A stretch of 54,444 nucleotides of DNA from Clostridia bacterium (lineage in GTDB: Bacteria; Bacillota; Clostridia; UBA1212; UBA1255). Shown here in pieces: positions 48,303 to 54,444 of this stretch. Below the pieces are notes generated by a model. That model was not told the DNA's origin. It searched no databases and was given only the letters and a program-made list of their open reading frames with translations. Both the position numbers and the translations under genes were made by a program. The stretch lies in NCBI GenBank assembly GCA_017508875.1, contig JAFWQX010000106.1:1-54444 (forward strand), given 5' to 3'. The first letter of the stretch is position 1; each line of letters begins with the position of its first letter.

Positions 48303-49535
48303 TCAGTCATCGTACCTGAGTTTATCGCGTTTTTTCTTGCGGATCACGAAGAATACGATAACTCCGACTGCCGCTAATGCGATAAGTACGTAGAGCCAGG
48401 TGAGGTTAACGGAGTTTTTCTCGTCATCGTCTGTAAGGCGGAACGTCTCCCAGACTCTGTTATAAGTCTCCATGACTGACGAATCGAGAGCGATGAATTC
48501 TTTGGTGTTGGCGAGCTGTTCGTCTGTCGGGTTGTAAACTTCGTCGTCGATATATCCTTCGCCCAGTTCGGACATCGCTTCAGTCTGAGGCGTCGAGTAG
48601 CCGATATACTCAGCGTTCTTTACGGCGATGTCTGTTCTGCACATAAAATCGATGAACAGGTGAGCGCCTTCAACGTTCTTGGAAGAGGTGGGGATGACCA
48701 TGCTGTCGATCCATCTGTTTGACCCCTCTTTTGGGATAACGTACCCGAGGTCGTGCTCGCTCTCGTCCATTATAGCGTACGCGTCGCCGGAATAGTGAAC
48801 GCAGAGGGCGTAATTGCCGCGGATCATCGGGTCTTTGATATCGTCCATACCGTAAAGGGCGACAAGTTTTTTCTGCTCTTCAAGCAGTTTTCCGGCCTTT
48901 TCGATCTTTTCGGCTTCGGTGCAGTTTATGGCGTCAAGTCCGTATTCTTTGATAAGGGCGATGGCCATCGTATCGCGGATGGAGTCGAGCATGATGATGG
49001 AGCCTTTGTACTTTTCATCCCAGAGGTCGTCCCAGCTGTCGATAACGTCGTCGCCGGTCTTTTCTTTATTGTAGATGATGCCGAGAGTTCCCCACATATA
49101 TGGCACGGTGTATTTAGCTTCGGGATCGAACGTGGTGACTTTAAGATTATCTCTTATTTTACCGTAATTCGTGATCTTGCTGTAGTCGATCTCGTTGAGC
49201 CTGTTCTCGCTGATCAGTTTTGAGATCATATAGTCTGACGGGATCAGTACGTCGTAGGGCGTGTTCGTGCTGACGAGTTTCTGATACATCGTTTCGTTGG
49301 TGTCAAACGTATCGTAAACTACTTTGTACTGCGGATACTCTTTTTCGAACGCTTTGATCGTGCCGGGGTCAATGTAGTCTCCCCAGTTGAATACGTAGAT
49401 CTTCTCTTTTGAACTGCAGCCCGTGAGTCCTGCGGCGAGTCCTGCCGTAAGTACGAGCGCCAGTACGAGGCTCAGGATCCTCGAAAGATTTACGCCGCGC
49501 CCTGCGCGTTTTGCCGAATTTGTGAAAAAGCTCAT
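48303..49535 (-). CDS. potD: Spermidine/putrescine ABC substrate-binding protein with extra C-terminal TM helix
   Basis: Lipobox LTGC, VFNWGDYID, FDTNETMY, PSDYMI, VPYMWGTLGI, PKEGSNRWID; AGGAGG before ATG 49535. Confidence 0.93.
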   Translation of the reverse strand: MSFFTNSAKRAGRGVNLSRILSLVLALVLTAGLAAGLTGCSSKEKIYVFNWGDYIDPGTIKAFEKEYPQYKVVYDTFDTNETMYQKLVSTNTPYDVLIPSDYMISKLISENRLNEIDYSKITNYGKIRDNLKVTTFDPEAKYTVPYMWGTLGIIYNKEKTGDDVIDSWDDLWDEKYKGSIIMLDSIRDTMAIALIKEYGLDAINCTEAEKIEKAGKLLEEQKKLVALYGMDDIKDPMIRGNYALCVHYSGDAYAIMDESEHDLGYVIPKEGSNRWIDSMVIPTSSKNVEGAHLFIDFMCRTDIAVKNAEYIGYSTPQTEAMSELGEGYIDDEVYNPTDEQLANTKEFIALDSSVMETYNRVWETFRLTDDDEKNSVNLTWLYVLIALAAVGVIVFFVIRKKKRDKLRYDD

Positions 49536-49593
49536 TTTGATTGACCTCCTCATATATACTTTGCAATTTGATTTGTTTTATTTGATCGTTCGC

Positions 49594-50382
49594 TTAAGCG
49601 ACCTTCTTCTTCTTTGCCGCAGGCCTGAAATTCACGATAAGGAGAATTACGAATACGCCGATAAACAGGAGAGTTGAGAGGGCGTTAACGGCCAGCGGGA
49701 TGGTTTTCTTAGTCATCGAGTTGATGCATACGGAAAGCGTCATAAAGTCGGAACCTGACGTGAAGTAGCTGATAATGAAATCGTCCAGCGACAGCGTGAA
49801 CGCGAGGAGCGCACCGGAGATGACGCCCGGAAGGATCTCGGGGAATATGACTTTCCTGAATGCCAGAGCAGGCGAGGCGCCCAGATCGAGCGCGGCTTCG
49901 TAAGTGCTCTTGTTCAGCTGGCGTATTTTCGGCAGCACCGACATCGTTACGTACGGTACGTTGAACATCACGTGCGCGATGAGCAGCGTTACGAATCCGA
50001 GCGGTATCGAAATGAATACGAAGAACAGCAGGAGAGAGATACCGGTGACAATGTCCGCGTTCAGCATCGGTATATTGAGCGTTTTCAGCACTGCGCTCTT
50101 TTTGAACGGTGACAATTTCGATATGACGAACGCGGCGTACGTTCCGATGAGCGTCGATATGACTGACGCTATGAGGGCGACGATAAGTGTGTTCCTTAAG
50201 GCGCTCAGCAGGTCCGCCTGATCTCCGAGTTCTTTATAATGCACCAGCGAGAAACCCGAGAAGACCGCGCGTGTGTTTCCGGAGTTGAACGAGAACAGGA
50301 TGAGCACGACGATAGGCGCGTACAGGAATATCATTATCAACGCTACGTAAATGATCTTGAAAACGAGAGATCTGTCTTTCAT
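49594..50382 (-). CDS. potC: Spermidine/putrescine ABC permease
   Basis: FLYAPIVVLILFSFN, EAALDLGA, AFTLSLDDF. Confidence 0.94.
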   Translation of the reverse strand: MKDRSLVFKIIYVALIMIFLYAPIVVLILFSFNSGNTRAVFSGFSLVHYKELGDQADLLSALRNTLIVALIASVISTLIGTYAAFVISKLSPFKKSAVLKTLNIPMLNADIVTGISLLLFFVFISIPLGFVTLLIAHVMFNVPYVTMSVLPKIRQLNKSTYEAALDLGASPALAFRKVIFPEILPGVISGALLAFTLSLDDFIISYFTSGSDFMTLSVCINSMTKKTIPLAVNALSTLLFIGVFVILLIVNFRPAAKKKKVA

Positions 50383-51215
50383 AATGTGTAACCTCCCGCG
50401 GATTCGTCATCTTTATCGATGAGATTGAATATCGACATGCTTATAAACACGAGTATCATAAGTATGAACGAAAGCGCGCCGCCGTCAGGGTCAACGCCGT
50501 CTGCGGATGCGTTGGAAATGAATTTGTACTCGATCAGTTTGCCGATCGTCCAGACGTTGTTGTTCATGAGCTGCGGGATAACGAACGTCGTTACGCATGG
50601 CACGAAAACCATCGTGATCCCGGACACGATCCCCGGTACCGTAAGCGGCAGGACAACGCCAGTGAATACGTGCAGAGAATTGCCCCCGAGGTCCTGTGCG
50701 GCTTCGATGAGATTTTTATCGATCTTCATCATCGACGTGTATATCGGCAGCACGAGGAAGGGGAGGAAGTTATACACCATTCCGATGATTATCGCGGAGT
50801 CTGTTCCTTTTAGCATGAAGCCGCCTAATAACTTGGTTATGATACCTTCTTCGTCTATGAGCGAGAGCATCGCGTACGTGCGGATAATGAAGTTCATCCA
50901 CATCGGAAGGAGCAGCAGCATTGACAGAAAGCTGCGCATTTTATCGTTCATGCGTGAAAGAATGTATGCTAAAGGATAGCCGAGCGCCAGACATACGAGA
51001 GTGGATATCAGCGCGTATTTAAGCGATCTTAGCAGCGACTGTATATAGAGCGGCTCGGTTACGGCGTTTTTCAGGTGTACGAGCGTGAAATGCACTCCGT
51101 CAGGCCTGAATTCGAACACGGCATATACGAGTATCATCAGGAGCGGGATGATCGTGAACATCAGGATCCAGATGTACAGCGGTATGCGTTTGAGGATATT
51201 AGTTACCCTGGTCAT
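50379..51215 (-). CDS. potB: Spermidine/putrescine ABC permease
   Basis: [32 protein letters not shown]. Confidence 0.94.
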   Translation of the reverse strand: MTRVTNILKRIPLYIWILMFTIIPLLMILVYAVFEFRPDGVHFTLVHLKNAVTEPLYIQSLLRSLKYALISTLVCLALGYPLAYILSRMNDKMRSFLSMLLLLPMWMNFIIRTYAMLSLIDEEGIITKLLGGFMLKGTDSAIIIGMVYNFLPFLVLPIYTSMMKIDKNLIEAAQDLGGNSLHVFTGVVLPLTVPGIVSGITMVFVPCVTTFVIPQLMNNNVWTIGKLIEYKFISNASADGVDPDGGALSFILMILVFISMSIFNLIDKDDESAGGYTL

Positions 51216-52629
51216 CTATTTCCACGACCTCCTCACGTTTGCGGATCCGGATCGATTCTTCAGGAATGTGAAGGTATACGGTCTGGCCGATCTTGACTTT
51301 ATCGTAAGTGTGTACGAGCAGCGACAGATCTTTGCATTTTACGGTGATCTCGTAATCGTCGCCTTTATATCTGAACGTTTCCACTTCGCCGGAAATTATA
51401 TTGTCGCCGTCGTCGGGCTCTTCCTCCGGTTTGTCCTTCAGAATGTCGATGTCCTGGGGAAGGATGTAGACGTTGACCGTCTCTTCGTATTCAAAGCTGT
51501 CGGAGTTCGCGTTTTCCGGCCTGTACTTAACGTTTACCGGCCCGATGTCTACCATATTGTCCTCGAGCACCCAGCCCGTCAGGATATTGTACGGTATCTT
51601 CATTATCTGAATGTCGAACGGTTTTACGTTCATGCCTATTTCCGTGCCCGGCTCGGTCATCTGCGTGCTGTGGATTTTCCACTTAAACCCGTCCGCGGCC
51701 TCGACGATCATCTCGTAATGCACGCCTTTAAACAGGGTAGAAATGACGGTGCCGCGCAGCATTCCGTCTTCGGGACGGACAATGTTGATGTCCTCGGGTC
51801 TTATGACGACGTCAACGTCTTCGTCTTTCTCGAAGCCCTTATCCGCGCACTCGAATTTCCGGCCCGCGAATTCGCACAGGTAGTCTTTAAGCATCACGCC
51901 GGACAATATATTGCTGTCGCCGATGAAGCGTGCTACGAATGCGTTTACGGGCTCGTTGTATATGTCTGTAGGTACGCCTATCTGCTGTATGACGCCCTGG
52001 TTCATTACTACGATCGTGTCAGACATCGTAAGCGCTTCTTCCTGGTCGTGCGTAACGTATACGAACGTGATACCGGTCTTTTTCTGAAGCGCTTTGAGTT
52101 CTACCTGCATCTCTTTTCTGAGCTTGAGGTCGAGGGCGCCCAGAGGTTCGTCGAGGAGCAGCACTTCGGGTTCGTTTACTATCGCGCGTGCGATGGCGAT
52201 CCTCTGCTGCTGGCCGCCTGAGAGCGAGTCCGGCTTGCGGCGCTCGAAACCGGAGAGTTCGACCAGCTCAAGCGCGGCCTTCACTTTTTTCTTTATCTCG
52301 GCTTCGGGCAGCTTTTTTATTTTCAGTCCGAACGCGATATTCTCGTATATATTCATATGCGGGAAAAGGGAATACTTCTGGAAGACGGTATTGACTTTCC
52401 TCTTATGCGGAGGCAGGTCGGTAATGTCTTCGCCGTTGAAGAAAACTCTTCCCGAGTCCGGCTTTTCGAAACCGCTTATTATTCGAAGCGTCGTGGTTTT
52501 CCCGCACCCGGAGGGCCCTAATAAGGTAAGGAATTCGTTCTGCCTTATATAAAGAGACAGGTCTTTAATTACTTCCGTATCACCGTAGCTTTTGGTGATG
52601 TTGAAAAGGTCAATGATGTGCTGAGACAT
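51199..52629 (-). CDS. potA: Spermidine/putrescine ABC ATPase with duplicated TOBE region
   Basis: [48 protein letters not shown]. Confidence 0.96.
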   Translation of the reverse strand: MSQHIIDLFNITKSYGDTEVIKDLSLYIRQNEFLTLLGPSGCGKTTTLRIISGFEKPDSGRVFFNGEDITDLPPHKRKVNTVFQKYSLFPHMNIYENIAFGLKIKKLPEAEIKKKVKAALELVELSGFERRKPDSLSGGQQQRIAIARAIVNEPEVLLLDEPLGALDLKLRKEMQVELKALQKKTGITFVYVTHDQEEALTMSDTIVVMNQGVIQQIGVPTDIYNEPVNAFVARFIGDSNILSGVMLKDYLCEFAGRKFECADKGFEKDEDVDVVIRPEDINIVRPEDGMLRGTVISTLFKGVHYEMIVEAADGFKWKIHSTQMTEPGTEIGMNVKPFDIQIMKIPYNILTGWVLEDNMVDIGPVNVKYRPENANSDSFEYEETVNVYILPQDIDILKDKPEEEPDDGDNIISGEVETFRYKGDDYEITVKCKDLSLLVHTYDKVKIGQTVYLHIPEESIRIRKREEVVEIDDQGN

Positions 52630-52652
52630 TTAATTTCCTCCTGTGCGTTTCT

Positions 52653-53201
52653 TCAGAAGCTCGGCGGGGTAGATACCCAGAGCACTTTTGATTTCTGACT
52701 CGATCTGTTTTCTATGTAATGTTCCTTATCGGGATAGTAGTAGAAGCATTCGCCTTTTTTTACCTTAAAACGCTCGTCGCCTATATGGACGGTGACCGTT
52801 CCTGAAAGTACGTACCCGAATTCCTCTCCGCTGTGAGGCTCTTCTATGGAGGAAGTTCCTCCGGGCGCGAGCTCGATGATTATGGGCTCCATATCGTTTT
52901 TCTGGGAGTTCGGGACGATCCACGTAATTTTATGACCGAGTTCTTCGTCCTCGCTCTCAAAATAGTCGTCCGGGGTAAAAACGGTTTTTTCGGCAGGCTT
53001 TTCGCTGAAAAAAGTCTGGATATCGGTTCCGAGACATTCGAGGATATCCATAAGAGTGGCAATAGAAGGGGAGGTCTGGTCTCCTTCGACCTGTGAGATA
53101 AAGCCTTTGGAAAGTTCGCAGCGGTTCGCAAGTTCTTCCTGTGTAAGTCCGTTGGTGATGCGAAGATCCCTGAGTCTTTTTCCTAAAGCAAGAGCATTCA
53201 T
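52653..53201 (-). CDS. XRE-HTH plus cupin regulator (PuuR/PotR-like)
   Basis: LTQEELANRCELSKGFISQVE, PHSGEEFGYVLSG, WVSTPPSF; heads the pot operon. Confidence 0.92.
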   Translation of the reverse strand: MNALALGKRLRDLRITNGLTQEELANRCELSKGFISQVEGDQTSPSIATLMDILECLGTDIQTFFSEKPAEKTVFTPDDYFESEDEELGHKITWIVPNSQKNDMEPIIIELAPGGTSSIEEPHSGEEFGYVLSGTVTVHIGDERFKVKKGECFYYYPDKEHYIENRSSQKSKVLWVSTPPSF

Positions 53202-53227
53202 ATCTATCCCACCTTCCGCCGATACGG

Positions 53228-53292
53228 TAAACTTAAAGTTTAGAATTTCTAAACTTCAGTGCGTATTGTAGCACAGTTTTGAATGTTGTCAA
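53228..53292 (-). promoter_or_regulatory. pot operon promoter with downstream palindromic operator
   Basis: - strand TTGACA, 16 bp, TACAAT (53292-53265); AAGTTTAGAA-T-TTCTAAACTT (53236-53256) overlapping TAAACTT-A-AAGTTTA (53228-53242). Confidence 0.75.
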
Positions 53293-53427
53293 TAGGTTTT
53301 TTCGCGGCTTTTTTTCCGGGGGTAAATGATCACGCTTAATGCCCGGCTTCGGCGGCAAATTTCACCAGGCGGAGCATATCGTCCGGCATCATTCCTCTGA
53401 GGCCTGAGTCGTACATCATTTTACTAC

Positions 53428-53499
53428 ATGTATACTTATGACGCCTGGGGCAATCTTATTGACCGTGTTTTTGCCAATCCGACCAAGCCCCGAGATTAA
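53428..53499 (+). pseudogene. Rhs/YD-repeat-like micro-ORF or relic (MYTYDAWGNLIDRVFANPTKPRD)
   Basis: YTYDAWGN matches the Rhs core YxYDxWGN motif; no larger ORF around it. Confidence 0.4.
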
Positions 53500-53518
53500 C
53501 TTCCCGGGGCTGTTTTTT
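53486..53518 (+). terminator. Intrinsic terminator-like hairpin
   Basis: AGCCCCG...CGGGGCT followed by GTTTTTT. Confidence 0.7.
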
Positions 53519-53655
53519 AGTGGGTCCGGGCTTCCGCCTGCATCGTTTGCCGAAAGTTTGGCGCGTGAGCGGCAAGCCAAAGGCGTTGCTCGCTCTCTAC
53601 ACATTCACTTTAGTCTCTTTTGACTCAACTCTTTTGAAATAATGCAACAATTGAG

Positions 53656-54237
53656 TTATTGATGAAGAAAGCTGTCAAATCCGTTTGAGGATACCTTCTC
53701 CAGAATTGACGAAATAGTATCTTCAGATTGTTTGAACCCGCTCAGGATCCACTTTCTGTAGACCGCAACTCTTCCGGCAACGGCGAACGTAAAAACATAA
53801 TCGATCTCGTCTTCGGACAACTCGGTTTTTTCACTAAGCGTTTCTTTCAGCTTATTACGTATAGTCGCGTCTATCTTTTCAATAAAATCAACCCTTCGAT
53901 TTATCATCAATACTTTTGAGTAGAACGACAAATCATTTTTGATCGTTTCACTGACTGTTCTGAGAAATGTCTTGCGTCCGTTAATAAAATCGTCAAGGGG
54001 CGTGTTGTCCAAAATATCTGAAAATGTTTTTAAAACCGTCTTTTCAATATCTATCTCAATATCATGGGCTTTTTCAAAATGTCTGTAAAATGTGCTTCTA
54101 TGAATATCGGCGATTTCACATATCTCCGAAACTGAGATACATCCAGAGCATTTTTCAGAAAGAATTTGGAGATATGCCTTTATGATTTTTTCTTTCGTTG
54201 CTGCAGATCGAGGGTCCTGTTTCTGTGAGCGTGACAT
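53656..54237 (-). CDS. TetR/AcrR family regulator
   Basis: DPRSAATKEKIIKAYLQIL...ISVSEICEIADIHRSTFYRHF; AGGAGG Shine-Dalgarno; more AT-rich than neighbours. Confidence 0.92.
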   Translation of the reverse strand: MSRSQKQDPRSAATKEKIIKAYLQILSEKCSGCISVSEICEIADIHRSTFYRHFEKAHDIEIDIEKTVLKTFSDILDNTPLDDFINGRKTFLRTVSETIKNDLSFYSKVLMINRRVDFIEKIDATIRNKLKETLSEKTELSEDEIDYVFTFAVAGRVAVYRKWILSGFKQSEDTISSILEKVSSNGFDSFLHQ

Positions 54238-54444
54238 ATAAAGCCTCCTAAAAAAATGTATTTTTTGTATTTTCGCGACACATTTGCCAAATTATGCAGT
54301 AGAAGTCTGTTTTCGCCTCAATTATAATTAGGTCAACAGCCAAAGTCAACAGCTATGTCAGAATCGTCACTGCTGGTTGCAAGAAGTTAACAACAATGGA
54401 CTTGCGCCGAACCGGTGCAGAGAGTAAAATTAGAAATGGAGGAT

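Noticed and set aside
53419-53446. dif-like site on the - strand (AGGCGTCATAA-GTATAC-ATGTAGTAAAA)
   Set aside because: The XerC-like arm is plausible, but the normally well-conserved XerD arm matches TTATGTTAAAT at only 6 of 11 positions.
53520-53600. Group II intron domain V/VI remnant
   Set aside because: No convincing catalytic-triad domain V stem and no reverse transcriptase nearby.
53416-53623. 61-62 aa ORFs on both strands
   Set aside because: No ribosome-binding site or motifs, and they run through hairpin elements.

Overview
A chromosomal segment from a Firmicute, probably an anaerobic Clostridia-type sugar scavenger (inferred from gene content: glgC-glgD-glgA-glgP, trmFO, DegV-DAK2, lipoprotein solute-binding proteins). 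Left part, mostly + strand: ADP-ribosylglycohydrolase-family multidomain protein, CorC/HlyC transporter, SorE-like Zn-dehydrogenase with rhamnulokinase, two paralogous orphan solute-binding lipoproteins, a Zn-ribbon/TPM pair, a divergent MutS-domain-V ATPase with a lipid kinase, glycogen operon, nrdR, comM-dprA-topA-trmFO, GH78, amidase, DUF2927-like lipoprotein and metK. Right part, mostly - strand: second GH78, Lrp with aminotransferase, an unknown putative carbohydrate-active protein, a membrane XRE regulator divergent from degV-DAK2, a TPR/DUF4037-like nucleotidyltransferase module directly behind potABCD and its regulator, and a TetR-like gene. I saw no rRNA, tRNA, CRISPR array or transposase. 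The least explained signals are non-coding: a 107-bp-period array of alternating inverted TACGGCCGCA motifs at the left edge, a 10-bp-period CCGGAAA array upstream of comM-dprA, a second 10-bp A-tract array, a heptamer VNTR after metK, a four-half-site operator between the membrane XRE gene and degV, and an Rhs/YD-like relic near the right end. All family assignments come from motif recognition, not database searches.
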